Shown here in pieces: positions 11,290 through 21,306 of a stretch of DNA of 64,000 nt. The stretch comes from Curvularia clavata (Eukaryota): the NCBI GenBank assembly GCA_023920165.1, contig CP089274.1, forward strand, positions 4,526,001-4,590,000, given 5' to 3'. Each line of letters starts with the position of its first letter. Position 1 is the first letter of the stretch. The position numbers and the translations under genes are program-made. Below the pieces are notes generated by a model. That model was not told where the DNA came from and did no database searches. It was given only the letters and a program-made list of their open reading frames with translations.

Positions 11290-12415
11290 ATGCCGCAATC
11301 TACCGCTTACCAAGCCCTCACCCAACACTTGGCGAAGTCAGGTTATGTCTTTGTATGCCCTTCGCCTGAGACCCAAGGCAGAGTAGTCCAGAAAAGACGC
11401 TCAAATGTTTCGACAGAAGATGCGCAAAATGTAGTTGACTTCTTTGGATGGAATCTATCCTGTACAAGGCAAGTTGGATCCATGACAGGGGAAATTTAAC
11501 CTCAAATTATGCTAACGCGCTTTTAGAGAATCTCTCAAATCTATGATACCGGATGCAGTATTTGAGAAGCTTTGCGAAGATTCGGTCATCGTCCAGAACA
11601 ATGACAAGAACTACCGCTCCAAAATTCGCGTGTCGAACTTCTACCTACCAAACCCCCTGAGCCGCGATCCGGACGCAACCTCTTTGTACTACATCCACTC
11701 TTCGTTCCCAGCCTCGTCCGATTCTGTCTTCTTCGGCCCTGACACATATCTTTTCGTCTCCTTCCTCCAGACCATAACACGTCATCTCTCGCAAGAGCCA
11801 AGCTCAGTTGTAGATGTATGCTGCGGATCGGGGGCAGGGGCGATACATATGGCGAGAACGTACCCACAGGCAAAAGTGATGGGTCTGGATCTGAATCCCC
11901 AAGCATTGAGCCTGGGTGGCGTAAATGCACAGCTCGCTGGGGTCGATGTCGCATTTTCTGAGTCGAATTTGTATGCTGCTTTGCCTGAAAATACGAGTGC
12001 ACAGGGCTTAGATCTCATTGTGAGCAATCCGCCATACATTGCCTCGAGCGTCGACGGAAAGGACTTGCCCATCTACGCAGATGGCGGCGCAGGTTTTGGT
12101 TTGGACATCTCAATACGCATCGTCGAAGAAGGTATCAAACTTCTGTCTCCAAATGGTGTGATCGTTGTGTACACGGGCGTCGCAATACCTACTGCCGATC
12201 CCGGCCAGGACGCTTTCCTGCAGAAGCTAAAACAAGTAAAAGGGGGCGAGCTCGCCGAATACACGATTCTGCACCCGGACATGTGGCCAGAAGAAATAGG
12301 AAAGGGTGCTTACGCCGACGTATGCAGAATACAGATTGTTGGTGCTGTGCTGCGTCGCACTACTGAGAGCAAAGAGGATGTCAAGGCCGAGATTCGCAAG
12401 CAATGGGCAGTGTAG
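11290..12415 (+). CDS. HemK/PrmC-like class I SAM-dependent N-methyltransferase, 355 aa; exons 11290-11468 and 11527-12415
   Basis: Motif I VVDVCCGSGAG, GLDLN, DLIVSNPPY, YADGG..GL. N-terminal GYVFVCPSPETQ.RV, DFFGW and HSSFP...DSVFFGPDTY. A GC-AG intron (AG|GCAAGT...GCTAAC...TTTTAG) joins the two ORFs in frame. Confidence 0.88.
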
Positions 12416-12492
12416 TGAGCCCGTTTCGATCAAATTATCATGGCTATCGGCAAAATATCGATATTTGAGATACTTAATTAAAAGCACACCGA

Positions 12493-13684
12493 CTATTTGA
12501 ACTCAGCGTCAGGATGCATACCATCCGGAATCTCCAAAGCAGTCGTGTAAGCAGACTGACCGACCTGCTTTCCCCACGTAGCAGCAATCGCTGGCAGTAC
12601 CTTCCTCCCTGCGTGAACCGCGTTGGTGTTCGGAACAGGCCATGGTACGGAAGTATTCTTGTTGTTCAGCTTGCCAGCGTACGAAGAGTTAAAGTACATG
12701 TTGCTCAGCGGAACTTTTCCAGACCAAGGTCGCACACTATCTCCCGTTTTCTCAGCTACAAACTTGAAGACGTTGGCGCCTACATCCCAGCGTCCGAGGG
12801 TGTCAAGGCACCAGTTGGCTTGGACCGTAGAGATTTCGCTGTAATGATTGTAGTAGGAGTTGTCGCTGGTGCCAACCAGATTGGCGGGAACAGCATCGCC
12901 AAGCAAGATGCTGACGACGCGGTTCGGCTTGCCATAGGTATGGTTTTCATCAAAAGTGACCATCACAAGAGTGTTGTTCATGAAGTTTTTGTTTGTCAAC
13001 AGGGGCTCGAGGAACCTTTTTGTCCAGCTTCCTGCAACTGTTACGGTTGAGTCATGTCCTGTAGTATCGTCAGCGCATCTTCAGAAAATCTCTCAATATA
13101 AACGCGAATTTACCATCGCTAGTCATGTTCGGGGTAATGAACATCCACTGTGGCAACTGGTTCTTCGCCATATCATCGTTGAACATGGTCAAGGGTTTGA
13201 TCTTGGCCAACCTGTCCGTCTTCTGCGCTACCGAGTCGTACAGCACAGCCGGATTGTGCTTCCTCACATACATGTTCGCTCCCGTCTTGGGGTTCGGGTA
13301 TGATTTCCCTTGGAACCCAACAGATGGCATGTCTTCCTGGTACTCGCCCCAGCTGATTCCTTTGCTCTCCAACAGATCGACCAGTGTGGAGACGTTGGAC
13401 GGAATGGCAACCATGTCGTCATGGTTAATGCCGTAGTAGTCTCCTGATATCGCAGCCGCGTAGTTGGGCATGGAAGGGTGTGTAACGGCGAAGTAATTTG
13501 TCAAACTGATTCCCTTCTTTGCGAGCCACGCGAGGCTTGGGTCGCCAGCTGCGAGATCATAGTCGGTGTTTTCGAGCCATATGATGGCGATTCGGTCGAA
13601 TGCCTTGCCTTTGACTTTTGTCTGGCCAGTAACGGGGCTAAAGTTTGCCAAAAAGGCTAGCGAAAGAAGGAATGGGGTTTTCAT
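12493..13684 (-). CDS. Secreted phosphoesterase-family (phosphate-repressible type) acid phosphatase; intron 13059-13113
   Basis: Signal peptide. Motifs IIWLENTDY, THPSMPNY, YVRKHNP, FITPNMTSD|GHD (formed across the intron), VTFDEN, YNHYS. Confidence 0.92.
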
Positions 13685-14379
13685 AACGATTGTATCAGGT
13701 AGATCTGCGAATCTGTCAGAAACTAAAACTCTAGCTCTGAAGTACTCTACTCACTACGAAAAGTCACCAAGAGGAAAAGCGCCGAAAAGACAACAAAACA
13801 CTCTCACGAAGATGAGGATGGACCTAACCTTTTCTTCCATCTCTCTTCTTATTGCACTGCATCAAGCGGCTCACGCCGGGACCCTTGATGCACTGCTATC
13901 CCCTGTGTACTAAAATCGTACTAACCAATCAGCATGTTGACAATAGACTCGTGCTATACGACTAGAACAAGCGCCTCGGACGTATTGTACACTAAGCCAA
14001 GCTTTTTAGGAAGGTAGACAAGCTTCGGGTGGGTATCGGCTATGAACGTGCGGGGCTGATTGGGCCAGAGGGGTCGGCGGGTATGTGCAGCTTGCAGAAT
14101 GCACGGAAGAGCCAGGGGATGACATGCGCACGAGAATAATGGCTCGACCCCTCGGAGAACAAGTGAATGAAGATCCTTGCCTGTCATGTCGATCGTAGAA
14201 AAAGTGGCGAAGGGTCTGATGGACTTTTGATTCAAGGACCATGGGAAATATGACCCATCTTGGGCCATCTTTGTTTCGGCTCCGCCTGAGCAATGCTGGA
14301 CGTTGTCGTATCGCACTTTACCAAGATCGTTCTTTGCGCGAATCATTTTGCTGCCTAGGATTGAAGACCGGTACTCGCG

Positions 14380-16443
14380 ATGGGCCGCGGCCAAAGCTTC
14401 GACATGAAGGACTTGTCCGACGATGCCCCACAGAATGTACAGGAGCAAGTCGGTTTGTTGTACGGCTCAAAAGATCATAGCATAGACAGTGATGAATTCC
14501 TAGAAGGACAAGAGTCGAGTAGGGATGATAGCAGCAAGAGTACACAACATAAGCGGCGGCGGCATTGGATCACGACAATCTTCATGATCTCTCTCCTAAC
14601 ATGTACACTCCTTATCCTTACACACAAAGCTCTCATTAGCAAGACTGGACCTCGTATATCGGACGGAGCCATCGGTCCAGCACGTCTACGACCAGAAGAA
14701 GACTACATCCTCTCTTCAACATGGGATTTCAACGCGCCACCCACCACCCGCGAATACACATGGATCATATCTGAGCACATGCTCAACCCTGATAGTGTAT
14801 ACCGCCCGATGCTCCTAATCAACGCAACGTTCCCTGGCCCCCTACTCGAATGCAATGAAGGAGACGAGATCGTTGTGCATGTTCACAACCAGGCGAGCAA
14901 TGCAACCTCGATCCACTGGCACGGCCTGTATCAGAACGGCTCCAACTGGATGGATGGAACAGTAGGCATCACGCAATGCAGTATTGCGCCCGGTCACACG
15001 TTCACCTACCGCTTCCATGTGTCCGGTCAATCAGGAACCTACTGGTACCACTCGCATCTCAGCATGCAAGCTTCCGACGGGCTCGTTGGACCGCTGATTA
15101 TCCACGCGCGGGGCGAGGGCGAAGAAAGGAGCAAATTGCAAAAAGTACCATATGAACAGGATCGCGTGGTTTTGCTCTCCGATCACTATTATGATCTTTC
15201 TTCCCAGTTGCTGGAACAATACCTCGCGCCTGGCAGCGAGAATGACGAGCCTGTGCCGCAGTCTGCTCTGATGAATGGGCGTGGCTTGCGGAATTGCAGT
15301 GAGCTCCCTGGTCGAAAGTGTGATGCTACGCAACGGCGTAATGCGCTATTTACTCTGCCTCGAGAGAGCAACACAAGACTTCGAGTTATCAACGTGGGTG
15401 CATTTGCAGAGTTTGCGCTTCAGATTGATGAGCATGAGGTATTGGTTACCGAAGTTGATGGCACGGATGTAGTGCCAACGACTATTCATCGCCTTAACAT
15501 CAACCCCGCGCAAAGGTACAGTGTGATCATCACGCCGCCACCGAAGAAAAAGGGCGGAGAAGCAGAGCTATATTGGATCCGGGCGCGAATGGTCACGCAC
15601 TGCTTCGCGTACGAAGAACCCGAACTGCAAGAGGAGGTTAGAGGTGTTCTGGCCTACTCTCCTCCAAGCCCAGGAGACGGGCAACACACTCTGCTACCCA
15701 AAAGTAAAGACTGGCCCGAAATTATCGACGTAGAATGCCGCGACCTCAACACCTCACTACTAGAACCCGTTGTCGCTATCCCAGCCCCGGCCATCGACCC
15801 TCAACACACCCTGTACCTGCGCTCATCCTTTCAAATCCGCGACTGGAGACTCTCACGAGGCTACCTCAACGACAGTTCGTTCCGAACAAACGCCACCACA
15901 CCTCTTTTACAAACCTTCCTTTCGTCGCTTTCTAACGAGGAAGGCAAAACCGAAGGCCTCATCACCCACCATCCAGCAATCTCCCCAAAAACGCAGTCAA
16001 CCTACCAAACCTTATCCCCCTCCACAACCATCACGCTCCTGATCCAAAACCTAGATGATGGAAACCACCCGTTCCACCTCCATGGATACAAATTCTTCGT
16101 ACTCGCCCACGGACATGGATATCCTCCTCCCTTGAACGAAGGCCATTTCAATATGACCAACCCCCTACGCCGCGATACGGCGAGCGTAGAAGCGTACGGG
16201 TGGCTAATGATCAGTTTTGTGGCGGATAATCCCGGGGTGTGGGCGTTCCATTGCCATATCGGGTGGCATACAGAGGCAGGGCTGATGATGGTTTTTGCAA
16301 CAGCGGTAGAAGGGATGCAAGGGTGGAAGGTTCCACGGGAGGTGGACGCTTTGTGTGGGATGGAGGGTGTGGAGAAGGGGATGGGTCCGGGGGATGAGAA
16401 GTGGATTGGGTGGAGAGAGGATGAGAACGAGAAGAAGGCGTGA
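14380..16443 (+). CDS. Laccase-like multicopper oxidase (AA1), type II membrane-anchored, intronless
   Basis: Copper motifs HWHG, WYHSH, HPFHLHG and HCHIGWH (Leu at the axial position). About 60 hydrophilic residues, then a transmembrane helix instead of a signal peptide. Confidence 0.94.
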   Translation: MGRGQSFDMKDLSDDAPQNVQEQVGLLYGSKDHSIDSDEFLEGQESSRDDSSKSTQHKRRRHWITTIFMISLLTCTLLILTHKALISKTGPRISDGAIGPARLRPEEDYILSSTWDFNAPPTTREYTWIISEHMLNPDSVYRPMLLINATFPGPLLECNEGDEIVVHVHNQASNATSIHWHGLYQNGSNWMDGTVGITQCSIAPGHTFTYRFHVSGQSGTYWYHSHLSMQASDGLVGPLIIHARGEGEERSKLQKVPYEQDRVVLLSDHYYDLSSQLLEQYLAPGSENDEPVPQSALMNGRGLRNCSELPGRKCDATQRRNALFTLPRESNTRLRVINVGAFAEFALQIDEHEVLVTEVDGTDVVPTTIHRLNINPAQRYSVIITPPPKKKGGEAELYWIRARMVTHCFAYEEPELQEEVRGVLAYSPPSPGDGQHTLLPKSKDWPEIIDVECRDLNTSLLEPVVAIPAPAIDPQHTLYLRSSFQIRDWRLSRGYLNDSSFRTNATTPLLQTFLSSLSNEEGKTEGLITHHPAISPKTQSTYQTLSPSTTITLLIQNLDDGNHPFHLHGYKFFVLAHGHGYPPPLNEGHFNMTNPLRRDTASVEAYGWLMISFVADNPGVWAFHCHIGWHTEAGLMMVFATAVEGMQGWKVPREVDALCGMEGVEKGMGPGDEKWIGWREDENEKKA

Positions 16444-16725
16444 GTAGAGTTTCTAGTGCATGAAAAGTGCAGTTTTTTATGCTGCACAAGGGAATTCGTA
16501 GTAATATCTTACATGTCGTAATTTACATGGCTTAGAACAGAGCTGCTCTAGGCGAGCTTGCTGACTGCGATTCACTTCCTCGACCACCATTCTCATCCAG
16601 TGTCACCTCCATGATGACTCTGTCTACCCCATGCTGCTCATGATGCGGCGCCGCACCTTACTTCACCACAAATTGGTTTGGCACGAAATTCCGCTGTGCC
16701 CTGAAGACACAGCGAAACAGTCCAC

Positions 16726-17535
16726 TCACTCCCAGATGCCAAACCACCTCTTTACCCTCCTCCTGCGAATACCATCCTCGCCAATGTAATACCTTGGGTC
16801 CTCAACATATTCCTCGCCTCTCTCCTCTGCCTCTCTTTGCCTTTCCAGTCTATACTGCTTCCTCTTCTCGACCTCCTCGGCCTTCTTCAGCCGCTGCTGC
16901 TGATACTGCTGTGATGTGTGCGCAATGTGCATCTTGTAGACCTCAATGAAGCGCCGTGTCGACTCGATAGGGTGATGAATGAAATCCTTGCGTGTGGGAA
17001 GCAAGTTCCCGAAAATAGTCTTGGAAATGAAGTCCATGTACCAGGCTGCTACTGCAAGGGAAACGAGAATGCCCTGTGAAGTGGGGTCAGTGGGGGTGCA
17101 TTCTCAAAACTCGCAACGAATGGGAACACCCACCATTGTTATCCATATGTGGATTGCGCGGTTGTGCAAAAACCAATGTGAGAAGGTGCCCTCGGGACTC
17201 ATCATGTTCGGGTACTTTTTGGTTGCCATGCGCTTGCGGTCCTCCTCCGACACGGGCGGTCCATAGACTCTGTTCTCCAATTGACGGTTGGGAAGGCGCT
17301 TGCTATGTGACGGCGGGCGGTATTTATCAGGTTGAGGAATTACAGGTGTGCCTCTGGCTTGCTGAGCCTCTCGTCGTCTTCGAAATTCCTCTGAGAGGCC
17401 TTTGGGTGAGATTGACGACGCATGGCGGCTGCTGCTGACCGAAGGGACTGGTTGGAGAAATGCACGCGGTTGCGGTCGCAGGAGGAGAGGCCCCCGTGGA
17501 AGGAGGAGGCGCGGTATCGACTGGAGGGTTGCCAT
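16726..17535 (-). CDS. Conserved fungal hypothetical protein, likely mitochondrial single-pass; intron 17074-17133
   Basis: Presequence-like MATLQSIPRLLLPR. PDKYRPPSH, YP.MMSPEGTF.HWFL. Transmembrane segment IHIWITM|GILVSLAVAAWY spans a canonical intron. C-terminus RVKRWFGIWE. Confidence 0.8.
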
Positions 17536-17794
17536 TGCTTGTGGTGATGTTGGTCGGCCGTCTCGGGAGTCCGCAAAGTGTGGTTCCAAAGATCTTCAGA
17601 TGCGCGGAGAAAGCTCGGGCCAGCTCTTGTTCGTGCTTTATTCTTCCATTCCTTTCTTTGTCTTGCACATGACGATTGACCTACTCATCGCCTATATTTC
17701 ACGGACTATATTCATACCCGCGACTTGTTAGTGATTGTGATTTGACCACTAATCACAGGAGCACAGTTCTGACACCAGCCACTTCCAGGTTGCA

Positions 17795-18658
17795 ATGCCT
17801 CCCAACCCACCACCCTCATTTGGATCCCAGGCCTACTGGGACAAGCGCTTCACATCCAATGCAGATCCGTTTGAGTGGCTCGAAGAGCCAAATGCCCTGG
17901 ATTCGTATCTGGCCGATGCTCTGAATTCCTGCCAGGCGGATAAACCCGAGATCCTACATATAGGCTGCGGAACATCATTGCTCTCTTTTCACTTGCGCTC
18001 TCACGTAGACCGCCCAGGCCAGATACACAACCTGGACTATTCGGACGTTGCTGTACAGATTGGCAAGGCGCGCGAGGAAGAGATCTACCAATGTGAAAGC
18101 GAGCAATCACGAGGTACTACTGGAGTCGCCGATACGCGTTGCATGCGTTGGGATGTAGTAGATCTTCTCGACTACAAGTCAGTGCTACGTACATGCAAGC
18201 GTGCTTCTTATGCTGTTGTAGTCGACAAGTCGACGGCGGATGCCATTGCCTGCTGCGAGGACATTCCTGTCCAATTGCCGTATCCTGTTGCAATCCGTTC
18301 CTATGATCCTTTAGAGCTGGACTCGACTGAACTCAACGAACTTATACACCCGTTGGCGGTCATGGCGGTCAATCTAGCGCTTGTGACAAAGCCTGGAGCC
18401 CGCTGGATAGCTTTGTCGTACTCCAAAGAGCGCTTTGATATCCTTGATACATCATCTGATATGGTTCCCAAAGGTATAGCGTTCCCACATCCTGCTGACT
18501 TGTGGCGCCTGGTTCAACGGGGTGAGATTGAAGATGTAGAATGGCCAGCACAGGCTGAGAAGGATGTGTCTGTAACGCACAGGCCAAAAGTATGCAACAC
18601 TGTGTATGTCTTGGAAAGAACTGATACTCCGCTATTTATTCGTGGAGAGCACATATGA
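17795..18658 (+). CDS. Class I methyltransferase, EEF1AKMT4/METTL13-like protein-lysine methyltransferase family
   Basis: SFGSQAYWDKRF...FEWL, ILHIGCGTS, NLDYS, VVDKSTADAI, KPGARWIALSY. Confidence 0.8.
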   Translation: MPPNPPPSFGSQAYWDKRFTSNADPFEWLEEPNALDSYLADALNSCQADKPEILHIGCGTSLLSFHLRSHVDRPGQIHNLDYSDVAVQIGKAREEEIYQCESEQSRGTTGVADTRCMRWDVVDLLDYKSVLRTCKRASYAVVVDKSTADAIACCEDIPVQLPYPVAIRSYDPLELDSTELNELIHPLAVMAVNLALVTKPGARWIALSYSKERFDILDTSSDMVPKGIAFPHPADLWRLVQRGEIEDVEWPAQAEKDVSVTHRPKVCNTVYVLERTDTPLFIRGEHI

Positions 18659-18810
18659 CATAATAGATATTTAGACAAAAGACACTTTTTATCGTATTGT
18701 TTTTTTGTGCAAACATGTTATAAACTTCCACATGAGCTGAGCCCCGTTCTCGTCGCAGGCTTTGTACGCGGAGGCACGAGCTCTTTCAAACTTAAAAAGA
18801 AGAAATTAGT

Positions 18811-19663
18811 TTAATCCTGCTTTGCCAGCCATGGCTCGCATGCACTGTAGACCTTGGGGAAGGCCTCGTCAAGTGCCATATACCGCTTGAACACGTCCTC
18901 ATCGACGCGCTTGAAGAACTCCAGCATCGACACGAAAATAAGATCGGCATACGACACTGCACATTCTGTTAGCCCCAAGCAACACATTCAGATTTCACTT
19001 CATTCGCAACTTACCAGTCTCACCCAGGAAAAATGGACCCCCATTCTTCCTCAACAAATCCCCTGTCTCCTTAGCCGGCGCCTTTGCATCCTCCCAACAC
19101 TTCTCTACATCCGCATCCTTCTCGACCTGCTCCAATGGCTTCCCAAACGACTGCTCTCTCGTCTCAAGAAAGTACCCTGCGCTTTGCTTATTCAGTATCA
19201 CACGCGGAATCTTTGGGATGACCAGGTCTCTCAGCGGGGTGAGCATATCCTTAACATGGTCTCTGATCTTGATCACAATGGGGTCGTCGAGATGCAGAGA
19301 CGGAGTTGGATACTGCTTCTCAAGCGATTGGGCAATTGGCCACGAGTCCATCTGGTAGGTGCCGTCGGCATATTTGATGGCGGGGATGCTGTAGTCGGTG
19401 AAGCGGCCTGGGGCGTCCTCGGGGTTGGGAGGAATGCCGAAGCTCTTGAGCTTGGGCGCTACATCTGGGTATTCGATCCATTCGGTTACGTAGTCGATCT
19501 TCTTGTAGTTGAGGATCATGCGGGCTTTAGAGGTTCATTAGCATGGTGTTCTCTGTTGCGTGCAGCTGAATGTGTGCGGTGACGTACTTTTGAAGGGGTT
19601 CAGGGACCACGCAGTGCCTTGTTGGCTGGGAAGATCGAATAGCACGACTTTGGAGGACGACAT
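18811..19663 (-). CDS. Glutathione S-transferase-like protein (fungal GSTFuA/UstS-like type); introns 18957-19014 and 19525-19587
   Basis: Spliced product: MSSSKVVLFDLPS...WSLNPFK|TRMILNYK.I.Y.TEWIEYPD...YSIPAI...DSWPIA..LE..YP.P...GPFFLGET|VSYADL...CEPWL. Confidence 0.9.
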
Positions 19664-21306
19664 GGTTGCTGTGGTTGGATGGATAAGGGTGCAAGATCAG
19701 TAGCAGTGTAGAGGTTGAGGATTGTCAAGTTATACGCATTGAACTATGCAGTATCACGCCCTATGTTATACATCTTGTCCCCGCATATTTGTCATCCGGT
19801 GCTAACAGGTGGGGAAGATGGGATGTGATGTAGTCGCCCACGGCCTCGGACAATCGCTGTAAGCTTTCTACGCCGGTTCGTTCTACACGTAGTATCTCGC
19901 TCTAAACTCACATAAGCACAGGAAAACCAAAACCACGACACGTGATCAAGTTAATTGTTTATGTAGACTCTTGATCTCGTTGTTATGGAAGTCCATAGAA
20001 AAATAGGTAGCGAGTGGGCTGGTCCACTTGATCCAGAAATCTCCGCTCTACCGGCCGAGAGTGCCTTGTGTCGTCACGCTAGCACCACCTCACCTCTACA
20101 TACAGATTTCGAACAGGGGTAGGTACCAATCTATTTGCTGTACAATAGTCATGCTCAACGTCCCAGGGTTGCAGAACGCCTTATGTGCGGTACCGGTACG
20201 CGAGCTGCTTGATCCTGTGGACCCACCTCGCCAACATCTTCGTGCTAGGCCAGCCTTGTCTACAGTTTCCTGCATGAATAAACCCGCGATCTTGGCAAAT
20301 CAAGCTTTGCTGATTTACATGTAGGATGCAGATACTCACAGTTTGACGTCCTTGTTCAGGACACAGTCGATACCTGTACGCACACGGAATGCCAGTTCCG
20401 CCCCCCAACATTCGGGAATCATGGCAGCCTTCTCATGACGACCTCTGTTCTTCCAGCCGCCCCAGTTCCTCCCTTAGTAGACCTCCCCATCCTCTCAATA
20501 CACCGACCTGTCCCAACATAGCTCTTTCCAACCATGCGATTTCTCGTTGTCGCGTGAAGCGACAGTTTCCGCCCCCACACTTCCGTAGCGTGGCTTCGCA
20601 CCACACGACACTACACAAGCACGACGGCAAGATCCACCAGGACAATTCGCCTCGTGGCTGGCAGATTGCGTGAACTAACAATAACAATACCCGTTGCACG
20701 GCTAGCTGCTTCTGGGATATGATTCAGCCTCCTAGATGATGGGCTGTAGCTTTTCCGTGGAGGAGTATAGGCTCGATCGTCATCGCACTGGTTGATGAAA
20801 GCAGTTCCACAAGACGTCAGCTTTTGATGATATGAAATCTCCTTCTATCATCGTTTTAGTAACGCGTAGTCCAGTATTTATAGGTATGCTCGTTTTGCGC
20901 TCACTGCAAGTCGCACTGCTCAGCCTGCTGCCCATCGACGAGCGAAGAGCCTTGTGAGTGCGCCTCCTCAGGCCACCCGCGCGTCTTTCAGCCCCCAATC
21001 CGCCCCGGTACTACATTCGATAACCTGTGGAAAGTAACCAAGCGATAAGAGTGGCTTGCTTTGTTATAAATCATGTTCGCCAGCGTTTTTCTGTCTCTTG
21101 GGCTAATGCGACACGTTAATCTGAGCAGTCCTTTGGACGAGGCTGCATTTTTCATTTTCTGATCTATCCCACCTTCTAGTCCACGAGGCTGGATATCCTA
21201 ATCCTGTTTTAACGTATATCCAACTGTGAATCCGCACAAACTTCAATATCAACCATCAAACTGGTAGCTTGAGCCCCAAGATTACAGCGCCATCTCTGTG
21301 GACAAG

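Noticed and set aside
16600..16710. Box C/D snoRNA-like arrangement (ATGATGA 16611, CTGA 16701, GTGTC/GACAC ends)
   Set aside because: Stem-to-box-C spacing is atypical, I recognise no rRNA-complementary guide, and it lies between convergent 3' ends. It would need snoscan or Infernal support.
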